NCBI GenBank assembly: GCA_963732335.1
Contig: CAVSZO010000067.1
Location: 1,288-65,287, forward strand
DNA length: 64,000 nucleotides
Source: Ilumatobacteraceae bacterium
GTDB taxonomy: Bacteria; Actinomycetota; Acidimicrobiia; Acidimicrobiales; Ilumatobacteraceae
Direction of reading: 5' to 3'
The first letter of the stretch is position 1. Each line of letters opens with the position of its first letter. Shown here in pieces: positions 27,735 to 37,667 of the stretch. The position numbers and the translations under genes were made by a program. Below the pieces are notes generated by a model. It searched no databases and was not told the DNA's origin. It saw only the letters and a list, made by a program, of their open reading frames with translations.

Positions 27735-29291
27735 CTATGTACTGATTGCGGCTGGGTCAACCGGACGTTCCCAGTAGCGAGCCCGGAGCTGCTTCTTGTA
27801 CAGCTTGCCGGTGTCCAGGCGGGGCAGCTCGGGGTCGAAGTCGACCGAGCGTGGGCACTTGTAGGCGGCGAGGTGCTGCCGGCAGTACTCGATCAGCTCG
27901 GCCTCGAGCACGGGCCCGGCATCCTCCCATCGCGCCGGCTGGACCACGGCCTTCACCGCTTCGCCCATCTCGGTGTCGGGCACGCCGATGACGCCGACGT
28001 CGAACACCTTCGGGTGGTTGATGAGCACGTTCTCCGCTTCCTGCGGGTAGATGTTGACGCCGCCGGAGATGATCATGAACGCCTTGCGATCGGTCAGGTA
28101 GAGGTAACCCTCCTCGTCGAGATAGCCGACATCGCCGACCGTGCTGTAGCCGCGAGTGTCCTTCGCTGCCGCGGTCTTGTCCGGGTCGTTGTGGTAGGCG
28201 AAGTCGTAGCCGCCGCTGAACCACACGGTGCCGATCTCACCGGTCGGCAGCTCGTTGCCTGCCTCGTCGAGGATGTGGACGACACCCAGCATCGCCCGTC
28301 CGACCGACCCTCGGTGGGTCAGCGATTCGGGCGTGGTGATGAAGGTGGCGCCGATGCCTTCGGTCGCCGAGTAGTACTCGCTGACGATCGGCCCCCACCA
28401 CTCGATCATCGCCTCCTTGACGTCGGCCGGGCACGGCGCCGCGGCGTGGACGACGGCCTTCAGGCTGGACACGTCGTACCGGGTCCGCTGCGACTCGGGG
28501 AGCTTGAGCATGCGGACGAACATGGTCGGCACGAACTGGGCGTGCGTCACCCCGTACTTCTCGATCAGGGCGAGCGCCTCGACCGGGTCGAACCGCTCCA
28601 TCACCACGACGGTGGCGCCCAGCCGTTGGGCACCCATCGACCACGCAAGAGGCGCTGCGTGGTACAGCGGTGCGGGGCACAGGTACACGTCGCCCGCCCC
28701 GAGCCCGAGCGCCTGCAGGAACGGAACCGCTGCTGGTGGCCCCTGCCCGAGCGGCGCCAGCGTGAGTGGTCGCTTGATCCCCTTCGGCCGGCCGGTGGTG
28801 CCCGAGGAGTAGAGGAGGAAGTCGCCCTCCATCTCGTCGGTGATCGGCGTCGAGGGTTGCGTGTCGACGGCGGTCTCGTAGCGCTCCCAACCGTCGAGCG
28901 ATCCGCCGAGCAGGAGGCGGACCCTGACCTCGGGCGTCGCGTCCGGGGTGAACGCGTCGGCCGCCATGAGCGCCAGCGCCTCCGTCGACACGACGATCGA
29001 CGCTCCGCTGTCGGCGGCGATGTACGCGGCCTCCTCCGCCGTGAGGTGCGAGTTGATGGCCGTGTAGTAGAGCCCTGCGCGCTGGGCCGCCCAGGCGACC
29101 TCCAGGAAGCGAGGATGGTTCTCGGCGAAGATGGCCAGCACGTCACCGGGCTCGATGCTTCGCTCGCGCAGCAGGTTGGCGAGGCGGTTGGAGGCGGCAT
29201 CGAGATCGCCGAACGTCGTCATCTGACCGGTGCGGGCCATGATCACGGCTGGTCGGTCTGCTGCCTGGCTGGCGACGGCGGCCGGGTGCAC
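27735..29291 (-). CDS. Acyl-CoA synthetase
   Basis: YSSGTTGRPKG, YYSATE, IISGGVNIYP, LPRLDTGK. Confidence 0.93.
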   Translation of the reverse strand: MHPAAVASQAADRPAVIMARTGQMTTFGDLDAASNRLANLLRERSIEPGDVLAIFAENHPRFLEVAWAAQRAGLYYTAINSHLTAEEAAYIAADSGASIVVSTEALALMAADAFTPDATPEVRVRLLLGGSLDGWERYETAVDTQPSTPITDEMEGDFLLYSSGTTGRPKGIKRPLTLAPLGQGPPAAVPFLQALGLGAGDVYLCPAPLYHAAPLAWSMGAQRLGATVVVMERFDPVEALALIEKYGVTHAQFVPTMFVRMLKLPESQRTRYDVSSLKAVVHAAAPCPADVKEAMIEWWGPIVSEYYSATEGIGATFITTPESLTHRGSVGRAMLGVVHILDEAGNELPTGEIGTVWFSGGYDFAYHNDPDKTAAAKDTRGYSTVGDVGYLDEEGYLYLTDRKAFMIISGGVNIYPQEAENVLINHPKVFDVGVIGVPDTEMGEAVKAVVQPARWEDAGPVLEAELIEYCRQHLAAYKCPRSVDFDPELPRLDTGKLYKKQLRARYWERPVDPAAIST

Positions 29292-29326
29292 GTCGGACCT
29301 CCTTCGGTCGAGTGGCGCTGCTTGCT

Positions 29327-29356
29327 CAATCTATCTAACTGATAGTACTATTTCCA
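29327..29356 (-). promoter_or_regulatory. Promoter TGGAAA-N17-TAGATT; inverted identical copy of 17374-17401, with an overlapping divergent -10 (TACTAT)
   Basis: CAATCTATCTAACTGATAGTACTATTTC at 29327-29354. Confidence 0.8.
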
Positions 29357-29374
29357 CGAGAGGTGACAAGACCG

Positions 29375-30550
29375 ATGCGATTGAGCGAACTGACACCCGT
29401 CGATGCGGCCTTCCGCGAGGAGCTGCGCGACTGGCTGGCCGATCACCTGACGGGTGAGTTCCACGCCGCCCGCGGCCTCGGCGGCCCTGCTGACGACACG
29501 GCGTGGGACGTCCGCCTCGAGTGGGAGAAGGAGTTGGCGTCAGCCCGGTGGCTCAACGTCTCGTGGCCGGAGGAGTACGGCGGTCGCGGTGGCACGACCA
29601 CGCAGGAGTTGATCTTCCACATCGAGCACGCCGCCGTCGAGGCGCCCTACTGGGTCGGCGTCCAGGGCCGCGACCTGTTCGGACCGACGCTGCTCGAGTT
29701 CGGTAGCCATGCCCAGCGGCGGCGCTTCCTCCCGCCGATCACCCGCTGCGAGGAGATGTGGGGGCAGGGGTTCAGCGAACCCGACGCCGGTTCGGACCTC
29801 GCCGGCCTGAAGACTCGTGCCGAGCGCGACGGTGACGAGTGGGTCATCACGGGGCAGAAGATCTGGACCACGTTCGGCCACCACGCCGACTGGCTCTACG
29901 TGCTCTGCCGCACCAACCGGGACGCGCCGAAGCACCGCGGCATCTCGATGGTGCTCGTGCCGCGCCACCAGGACGGCGTCGACGTCCGGCCGATCCGCAA
30001 CCTGGCGGGTGGTCTCGAGTTCTGCGAGGTGTTCTTCGACGGCGCCCGCACGGCGCTCGACAACGTGGTCGGTGAGGTCGACGGCGGCTGGAAGGTCGTG
30101 ATGGGGACGCTCGGCAACGAGCGGGCCGGGGCGACGGTGCTCCCGTTCCAGGCGCTGTTCGAACGAGAGATGAGCGCCCTGCTCGAACTCGCCCGCGCCC
30201 GCGGCGTCGATCGCCATCCCGTGGTTCGCCAGCGGCTGGCGCGAGCGTGGGCCGGCCTCCGCATCCTGCAGCTCAACAACGACCGCCTCCTGAGCACGGT
30301 GCTGCAGGGCGTGCATCCGGGCCCGGAGTCCTCGATCGGCAAGCTGTACTGGGCGAACTGGCACCGCGACTTCGGCGAGCTGATGATCGACGTGCTGGGC
30401 GCCGACGCGCTGATCACCCACGAGGGCGGGCACGAGGCCGCGATGCAGCACAGCTTCTTGAACTCCCGCGCCGAGACGATCTACGGCGGGGCCAACGAGA
30501 TCCAGCGCAACATCCTCGGCGAGCGCGTCCTCGGACTCCCGAAGGAGTGA
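29375..30550 (+). CDS. Acyl-CoA dehydrogenase (FadE30-like)
   Basis: QGFSEPDAGSDLA, GQKIWT, IYGGANEIQRNI. Confidence 0.93.
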   Translation: MRLSELTPVDAAFREELRDWLADHLTGEFHAARGLGGPADDTAWDVRLEWEKELASARWLNVSWPEEYGGRGGTTTQELIFHIEHAAVEAPYWVGVQGRDLFGPTLLEFGSHAQRRRFLPPITRCEEMWGQGFSEPDAGSDLAGLKTRAERDGDEWVITGQKIWTTFGHHADWLYVLCRTNRDAPKHRGISMVLVPRHQDGVDVRPIRNLAGGLEFCEVFFDGARTALDNVVGEVDGGWKVVMGTLGNERAGATVLPFQALFEREMSALLELARARGVDRHPVVRQRLARAWAGLRILQLNNDRLLSTVLQGVHPGPESSIGKLYWANWHRDFGELMIDVLGADALITHEGGHEAAMQHSFLNSRAETIYGGANEIQRNILGERVLGLPKE

Positions 30551-30553
30551 CGA

Positions 30554-31687
30554 GTGCCGGGTCCGCTCGCGGGAGCCACCGTGATCGAATTCGCCGGCCT
30601 CGGGCCGGGGCCGTTCGCGGCGATGCTGCTTGCCGACCTCGGTGCAGACGTCGTGCGGGTCGACCGGCCGGGCACCACGAGCGACGACGCCCGGCTGTAT
30701 GTCATGCATCGCGGCCGGCGTTCGGTGACGGTCGACCTCAAGCAGCCCGATGGGCGCGAGGTCGTGCTGCGCCTCGTGGAACGTGCTGACGCGCTGATCG
30801 AGGGACACCGACCGGGCGTGATGGAGCGGCTCGGGCTCGGCCCGCACGACTGCCACGCCCGCAACCCCCGACTGGTCTACGGCAGGATGACCGGCTGGGG
30901 CCAGGACGGCCCGCTCGCCCACAGCGCCGGGCACGACATCGACTACATCGCCTTGTCGGGCGCACTCGGCGCGTGCGCCCGCCGCGGCGAACGCCCGCTG
31001 CCGCCCGTCAACATGATCGGCGACTTCGGCGGCGGTGGCGCGTTCCTCGCCCTCGGCATCGTCGCCGCGATGTGGGAGGCGCAGCACTCCGGCAAGGGCC
31101 AGGTGGTCGACGCGGCGATGGTCGACGGCAGCGCCGTGCTCACCACGATGATGCACGGGCTGATCGCCCAGGGCCGCTGGCGCGACGAGGCGGGGGTCAA
31201 CTTCGCCGACACCGGCTCGCCGTACTACGAGGTGTACGAGTGCGCCGATGGCCGCTACGTCGGCGTGGGCGCGATCGAAGGCCCGTTCTACGACGAGCTG
31301 CTGTCTGGTCTCGGCCTGACCCGTGACGAGCTGCCTGACCGGCGGGACGAGGCGACCTGGCCGGCCCTGAAGGAGCGCTTCGCCGACGTGTTCCGCGGCC
31401 GCACGCGCGACGAGTGGGCAGCGCGCTTCGCCGGCACCGACGCCTGCGTGGCCCCTGTGCTGACTCTCACCGAGGCACCGCAGCACCCCCACAACCAGGC
31501 CCGTCGCACGTTCGTCGAGCACGGTGGCGTGGTCCAACCGGCACCGGCTCCCCGCTTCAGCCGCACGCCGACCACGCTCGGCGGCACCCCGCCGGCACCT
31601 GGCGAGCACTCACGGGAGATCCTCGTCGAGCTCGGCTACCGACCCGACGACGTCGAGCACCTCCTCGCCGCGGGCGCAGTCCGATGA
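30554..31687 (+). CDS. mcr: Alpha-methylacyl-CoA racemase (CaiB/BaiF family)
   Basis: GLGPGP..MLLADLGA, RMTGWGQDGP..GHDIDY, GDFGGG, P.PAPRFSRT. Confidence 0.85.
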   Translation: MPGPLAGATVIEFAGLGPGPFAAMLLADLGADVVRVDRPGTTSDDARLYVMHRGRRSVTVDLKQPDGREVVLRLVERADALIEGHRPGVMERLGLGPHDCHARNPRLVYGRMTGWGQDGPLAHSAGHDIDYIALSGALGACARRGERPLPPVNMIGDFGGGGAFLALGIVAAMWEAQHSGKGQVVDAAMVDGSAVLTTMMHGLIAQGRWRDEAGVNFADTGSPYYEVYECADGRYVGVGAIEGPFYDELLSGLGLTRDELPDRRDEATWPALKERFADVFRGRTRDEWAARFAGTDACVAPVLTLTEAPQHPHNQARRTFVEHGGVVQPAPAPRFSRTPTTLGGTPPAPGEHSREILVELGYRPDDVEHLLAAGAVR

Positions 31688-32724
31688 AGATCGATGCCAC
31701 GCTGACGAAGCACGTCGACCGCACGAGGGAGGCCGCTGCCGAGCTCGAGTCGGCCGGCTACGACGGCCTCTGGGTGGGTGAGACGAAGCACGACCCGTTC
31801 CTCGAGTCGCTGCAGGCGGCCGACGCCACGGAGCACGTCACGGTCGGGACCGCCGTCGCCATCGCCTTCGGCCGCAGCCCGATGACGCTCGCCAGCACCG
31901 GGTTCGACCTCGCCCGGTACACGCGCGGGCGCTTCGTGCTCGGGCTCGGCTCGCAGGTCAAGCCGCACATCGAGCGACGCTTCTCGATGCCGTGGTCGCA
32001 CCCCGCGCCGCGCATGCGCGAGCTGGTGCTCGCGATGCGGGCGATCTGGCGCACCTGGCAGGAGGGCGAGCCACTCGACTTCCGCGGCGACTTCTACACG
32101 CACACCCTGATGACGCCGTTCTTCTCGCCGCCACCGCACGAGTGGGGCCCGCCTCCCGTGTACGTGGCCGGTGTGGGTGAGCGGATGACGGAGACCGCCG
32201 GTGAGGTTGGTGACGGCTTCTTCTTCCACCCGTTCACCACGGACCGTTACCTGCGTGAGGTGACGCTGCCGGCGCTCCGGTGCGGCCGTGCCGCCGCCGG
32301 CCACACGGGCCTCGAGGGGTTCGAGATCGCCGGCCCGGCGTTCACCTGCACCGGCCGCGATGACAACGAGCTGGCGGCGGCGATCAAGGGGACCAAGGAC
32401 CAGATCGCCTTCTACGCGTCGACACCTGCGTACCGGTCCGTCCTCGAACTGCACGGATGGGGTGACCTGCAGCCGGAGCTGACGGCGCTGTCGAAGCAAG
32501 GCCGCTGGTCGGAGATGGGCGACGCCGTGGACGACGAGTTGCTGCACGCCTTCGCCGTGGTCGGCGAACCGGCCGAGGTCGGCCGCGGGCTGCGCCGGCG
32601 ATGGGGCGACGTGGCAACGCGCATCACCCTCTACGCCACCTACGCCGCCGATCCAGCGGTGTGGCCGGAAGTGATCGATGCCCTCCGCGACCCGCCGGCT
32701 GACGCCGATCGGGCGGTCGGCTGA
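31684..32724 (+). CDS. LLM-class F420-dependent oxidoreductase (TIGR03617-like)
   Basis: ETKHDPF..AFGRSPM..GLGSQVKPHIERRFSMPW..YTHTLMTPFF. Confidence 0.9.
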   Translation: MKIDATLTKHVDRTREAAAELESAGYDGLWVGETKHDPFLESLQAADATEHVTVGTAVAIAFGRSPMTLASTGFDLARYTRGRFVLGLGSQVKPHIERRFSMPWSHPAPRMRELVLAMRAIWRTWQEGEPLDFRGDFYTHTLMTPFFSPPPHEWGPPPVYVAGVGERMTETAGEVGDGFFFHPFTTDRYLREVTLPALRCGRAAAGHTGLEGFEIAGPAFTCTGRDDNELAAAIKGTKDQIAFYASTPAYRSVLELHGWGDLQPELTALSKQGRWSEMGDAVDDELLHAFAVVGEPAEVGRGLRRRWGDVATRITLYATYAADPAVWPEVIDALRDPPADADRAVG

Positions 32725-33507
32725 GGGACGACGCACCCGAACGTCCAGCTGCGGCGGGCGAGGGTCGCGGCGTGCTTCGGCGGCGGCGGGGCCTTCGGCG
32801 TGGGCTTCGACATGGGTGTCGCCCGGGCCCTGATCGAGGCAGGCATCCCCGTGAGCTCGGGGCCGATGCTCGGGACCTCGGCGGGGGCGTGGACCGCGGC
32901 CGCGTTGGCGGTCGGGATCGACTTGGACGAGATCCTGGCGTCGTGGCGCGGCGCGCCGCAGGAGGACACGTCCCGCGTCATCGACATCACCCGCCCACTG
33001 TTCGGCGAGGCCCGCGACGAACGCGTCAGCACGGCCGCCATCCGCCTCCCGGTGCTCTACCCGACGATCCTGACGGGCTCCGATCACGACCTCGCCGACC
33101 TCGTCGCCGCCTCGTCGTCGCCGCCGCGTGTCGCCGTGCCGCACCGCATCGACGGACATCGGTACATCGATGCCGGCATCGTCACCACGACGTCCGCCGA
33201 TCGGGCGGCGCCGGCCGACCTCCTCGTCGTGGTCGCCCCGATGGCCGGTCCCGTGCTCGGCCGGCTCGGCGCGGCGTCGGAGCGGATGGTCGCCTTCGAG
33301 CTGATGCGCTGGCGGATGACGGGTGGGCACGTCCTGTACATCCGCCCCAACCGCGCCGTCGGCGCGCTGGCGGGGACACGCCCGACCGACGTGCTCGACA
33401 CGGCGATCGCCGAGCCCACCTACCGGGCGGCGTACGAGCTCGGAACGCGTTGCGCCGAGCGGTTCCGGATCCGACACCCGCGACTGGCCGCGCGCATCGC
33501 CGGCTGA
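32725..33507 (+). CDS. Patatin-like phospholipase (start codon unclear)
   Basis: GGGGAFG, GTSAG and DAG motifs in one frame. Confidence 0.75.
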   Translation, partial: GTTHPNVQLRRARVAACFGGGGAFGVGFDMGVARALIEAGIPVSSGPMLGTSAGAWTAAALAVGIDLDEILASWRGAPQEDTSRVIDITRPLFGEARDERVSTAAIRLPVLYPTILTGSDHDLADLVAASSSPPRVAVPHRIDGHRYIDAGIVTTTSADRAAPADLLVVVAPMAGPVLGRLGAASERMVAFELMRWRMTGGHVLYIRPNRAVGALAGTRPTDVLDTAIAEPTYRAAYELGTRCAERFRIRHPRLAARIAG

Positions 33508-33515
33508 GGAGGACG

Positions 33516-35002
33516 ATGCAGCAGCTCAGCGGACTCGATGCGGCGATGCTCTACACGGAGACGGCACAGACGCCGAATCACGTCGCCGCCCTCTACACCT
33601 ACGACCCGTCGACTGCCCGTGGCGGCGCGGTGTCCTTCGACGCGATCGTCGCCAACGTCCAGCGCCGCCTGGCCCTCTCGCCGACGTTCCGTCGCAGGCT
33701 GACGAGGGTGCCGATGGGTCTCGACCATCCCTACTGGGTGGAGGACGCCGACTTCGACCTCGAGTTCCACGTCCGCCGCCTCGCCGTGCCCGGGCCCGGC
33801 TCGTGGCGGGACCTGTGCGAGCTGGCCGCCCGCCTGTATGCCCAGCCGATCAACCTCGACCGCCCACCATGGGAGATGCACATCATCGAGGGCCTCGGCG
33901 ACGGCGTCGACGGGATCCCGCGGAACGGCTTCGCCGCGCTGATCAAGATCCACCACGCCGCCGTCGACGGCATCTCCGGGATGGAGCTGATGACCGTCCT
34001 CCACGATCGGGAGCCGGACGCCGACCCGCCCGCCGTCGACGATCGTTGGCAGCCGGAGATCCCACCGTCCCCGTGGCAGCTGCTGAACCGGGCAGCGCTG
34101 AACAACCTCGCCAAGCCGATGCACGCCGTGCGAGTCGCCGGGCGCGTCGCCCCGGCCCTCGTCCGAGTCCCGCTCGACATCCGGCGGGGCAGCCTGCAGG
34201 CGCCACCCGCCTCGATGCCGAGAACCCGCTTCAACGCTGCCGTCGGGCCGCACCGGTCGATCGGCGCGATCCGCGCGCCGCTCGACGACGTCCGCCGCGC
34301 CCGCTCGGCGGTCCCCGGCTCGACGGTCAACGACGCCGTGCTGACGATCGTCGGCGGAGCGATGCGCCGCTATCTCGACAGCAAGGGCGAGCTCCCCGAC
34401 GAGGACATGGTCGCCTTCGTACCGATCTCCACCCGGACCAAGGCCGAGCGCGGCGCCGGGGGCAACCGCATCTCGATGATGACCGCCACCCTGGCCACGC
34501 ACGAGACCGATCCGGTGATGCGCATGGCGCTCGTGAGCGCGGGCATGCGTGGCGTGAAGGACCTCGCCAACGCGATCGGCGGACGGACGTTGGCCGACCT
34601 GTCCGATGCCGTGCCGGGACTCCTGCTCGGCGTCGGGTCGCGGGGCTCGCCCAACTCGCCGCCCGCAGCCGCGGTCCCGTCCAGGCCAACGCGTCCGTCA
34701 CCAACGTGCCGGGGCCGACCGAGCCGCTGTACTTCACGGGTGCCCGGGCCGTCGGTACGTACGGTGCCGGACCGATCGCTCACGGCATGGGCCTCATCCA
34801 TCTGATCAGCAGCTACGTCGGGCAGGTCGCGTTCTCGTTCACCGCCGATCGAGACATGCTTCCGGACCCCGAGTTCTACGCCCAGTGCCTGCGGGGATCG
34901 CTGGAGGAGCTGGTTGCTACGTCCCGGCCAGCTCGGCGACGACATGCCCGATCCCGGTCAGATCGGTCCCCCGCGGGCCCGAGTGCACTTGCACGTAGCT
35001 GA
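33516..35002 (+). CDS. Wax ester synthase/diacylglycerol acyltransferase (frameshift near 34640)
   Basis: MQQLSGLDA, HHAAVDG, TVND, TNVPGP; SD GGAGG. Confidence 0.92.
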
Positions 35003-35888
35003 TGCCGAGCCGGTCGCGCAGGGCGTGCAGCTTCTCGGCGCAGCGGGCCGGCGAACCGACGAGCACGCCTGGCGCATCGTCGAGCCACGCCGGATCGACG
35101 CCCAGCCGCCCGGCCATCTTGGTGACGAGTGTGCTCGCCGCGCCGCGGTCGTCGGTGACGTGGAGCAGCCACTGGGCCATCGACAGCTCGATGTCCTCCA
35201 CCCGGCGCCCAGCGGCTTCGGCGCCTTCCCGCACCCAGTCGACCTTCTCCGCCATCCGCTCCCAGCTCACGTCGGCCACCGAGTGACCACCCGTGTCGCC
35301 TGCCGCCAGGTTGGCGTTGATCCCGGCGATGTCGGCTTCTCTGCCGACGAGGCGCAGCATGCGCGGGCCGCCGCCACCGATCAGCAGCGGAGGATGGGGT
35401 CGCTGCACCGCCGCGGGCACGCCGACCAGGTCGCGGACCGTGAAGTGGGCGCCCGAGAAGCTGAACGGTTCGCCGGAGAACAACCCCTTGAGCACGGCGA
35501 TCGACTCGGCGAGGCGCTCGATGCGCTCGCCGGCGGCGTCGTAGGTGACGCCGGCGGCGACGTAGTCCGAGCGCATCCAGCCGGCGCCGATGCCGAGCTC
35601 GAGGCGCCCCTCGCTCATCACGTCGAGCGTGGCCGCCATCCGATGGGTCAGCACCGGGTGGCGGTAGTCGTTGCCGAGCACGGCCGTCTGCACGCGCAGT
35701 CGGGTGGTCTCCATCGCCGCTGCCGTGAGCATGACGAACGGCTCGACCGTGTACCCACCGGTGAAGTGGTCGGCGAGGGCGACGGTCGAGAAGCCCATGT
35801 CCTCGAGGCGGCGCAGTTCCTTGCGCCACTCGCCGACCGAGCCGGCGAGATCGGGTACTTGGGCGGTGAAGCGGAACGGCCGACGCAT
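34917..35888 (-). CDS. LLM-class F420-dependent oxidoreductase (TIGR03621-like)
   Basis: RPFRF..ADHF..VLGNDYRHP..GIGAGWM..PPLLIGGGG. Confidence 0.9.
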   Translation of the reverse strand: MRRPFRFTAQVPDLAGSVGEWRKELRRLEDMGFSTVALADHFTGGYTVEPFVMLTAAAMETTRLRVQTAVLGNDYRHPVLTHRMAATLDVMSEGRLELGIGAGWMRSDYVAAGVTYDAAGERIERLAESIAVLKGLFSGEPFSFSGAHFTVRDLVGVPAAVQRPHPPLLIGGGGPRMLRLVGREADIAGINANLAAGDTGGHSVADVSWERMAEKVDWVREGAEAAGRRVEDIELSMAQWLLHVTDDRGAASTLVTKMAGRLGVDPAWLDDAPGVLVGSPARCAEKLHALRDRLGISYVQVHSGPRGTDLTGIGHVVAELAGT

Positions 35889-35890
35889 GC

Positions 35891-36277
35891 TCACCGCCGA
35901 AGCGTCACGATCCGCTGGGCGATCCGCCACGCTCCATCCTCGCGCCGCAGGACGTCGTCGTAGTCGGCGGAGCCCACGCGGCCGCGTGCTCCCGACCCGA
36001 TGACCTTGGACCGCATGCGCACTTCGGCGCCGTCCGTCGTGACGATCACGTTGGTGACGTGGTGGGCAACGGGGTGCGCCTGACTGACTTCCATCATCCG
36101 CCGGATCGCTGCCGATCCGACGATCCGCTGGTCGCTCTCGCCGAAGCCGCGCAGCTCGTAGACCGCGTCACGGCAGAACACGTCCTCCAGTCCGTCCCAG
36201 TCGCGGTCGTCGATCGATGTCCCGTAGCGGGCCGCCAGCTCATGGATCTCGAATCGATCGTCGGTCGACAGTGCCAT
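35891..36277 (-). CDS. NTF2/SnoaL_4-like protein
   Basis: DRFEIHELAARYG..DDRDW..HHVTN..YDDVLRREDGAWRI. Confidence 0.85.
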   Translation of the reverse strand: MALSTDDRFEIHELAARYGTSIDDRDWDGLEDVFCRDAVYELRGFGESDQRIVGSAAIRRMMEVSQAHPVAHHVTNVIVTTDGAEVRMRSKVIGSGARGRVGSADYDDVLRREDGAWRIAQRIVTLRR

Positions 36278-36338
36278 CGCTCGGTATGATACGTTAAATT
36301 ATTGCTCGGATTCCAGCTCGGACGCGAAGGGGACAGTC

Positions 36339-37194
36339 GTGAAGCCGGCACCGTTCGACTACCACGCACCGACGACCGTCGACGAGGTCGTCGCGCTGCT
36401 CCATGAACACGGCGACGAGGCCAAGGTGCTCGCCGGCGGCCAGAGCCTGATCCCGATGCTCAACCTCCGGCTCGCCCGGTTCGCCACGCTCGTCGACATC
36501 GGTCGCGTTGCATCGCTGCGCCGGCTCGAGCGGGTGAACGGGCACGTCGTGGTCGGTTCGATGGTGCGCCAGCGTGAGTTGGAAGCCTGCGACGTTGCGC
36601 TCCTGGCCGCGGCCACGCCGCTGATCGGCCACTTCCAGATCCGCAACCGCGGCACGCTCGGCGGGTCGATCGCCCACGCCGATCCGGCCGCCGAGTACCC
36701 CGCTGTTGCACTCGCCCTCGACGCCGAACTCGACATCGCCGGGCCTGCGGGTGCACGGACGGTGCCGGCCGCCGAGTTCTTCGTCGGCACCTGGGAGACG
36801 GCGCTGGCCGACGACGAGGTGCTCGTCGCCGTGCGCTTCCCCGTCTGGGGCGAGGGGTCGGGGTTCTCCGTGGAGGAGGTCGCCCGCCGGCACGGCGACT
36901 TCGCCATCGCCGGATGCGCGTGCGGTGTGGAGGTCGGACGACGGCCGGATCAGTCGGGCAGCCATCGCCCTGTTCGGCGTCGCCGGGACGCCGGTCCGAG
37001 CCGAGGTCGCGGAGAGCGCACTCGTCGGTGCCGACGCCGACACGGTCGATGCGGCGGAGATCGGCAACCTCGCCGCGGTCGAGTTGGAACCTCCGGGCGA
37101 CCTGCACGCCTCGGGCGCGCTGCGGCGGCGCATCGCCTCGGCGGTGGTGATGCGAGCTGTTGGGCGTGCGATCGAGCGAGGCCGCCGTGGCTGA
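36339..37194 (+). CDS. Molybdenum hydroxylase FAD subunit (CoxM-like; frameshift near 36935)
   Basis: MKPAPFDY..LAGGQSL..IRNRGTLGGS.AHADP..GDFA. Confidence 0.9.
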
Positions 37195-37667
37195 CGCTCT
37201 CGGTGTCACTCACGGTCAACGGCGAGCGCCGCGCCATCACGGTCGAGCCGCGCAAGACGCTGGCCGACGCCCTGCGGGAGGACTGCGGGCTCACCGGTAC
37301 GCACCTCGGGTGCGAGCACGGCGTGTGCGGAGCCTGCACCGTCCTGCTCGACGGCGACGCCGTGCGGTCGTGTCTCGTGTTCGCCGTGCAGGCCGACGAC
37401 ACCGAGATCACGACCGTCGAGGGCCTCGCCGTCGACGGCGAGCTGAACCCGGTGCAAGCGGCGTTCCAGGCCGAGCACGGACTGCAATGCGGCTTCTGCA
37501 CGCCCGGCTTCGTCGTCTCGGCGACGGCGCTGCTCGAGCGCACGCCGTCCCCGAGCGACCAGGAGATCCGCGAGGGCCTGTCCGGCAACCTCTGCCGCTG
37601 CACCGGATACCAGGGGATCCTCCGCGCGGTCCATCGTGCGGCGGCGGCGATGGGCGGCACGTCATGA
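37187..37667 (+). CDS. Molybdenum hydroxylase 2Fe-2S subunit (CoxS-like; frameshift near 37197)
   Basis: GCEHGVCGAC..QCGFCTPG..NLCRCTGY. Confidence 0.92.

Noticed and set aside
17374-29354. Composite transposon bounded by 28-bp terminal inverted repeats
   Set aside because: No transposase inside and no flanking target-site duplication; the repeats parse as promoters.
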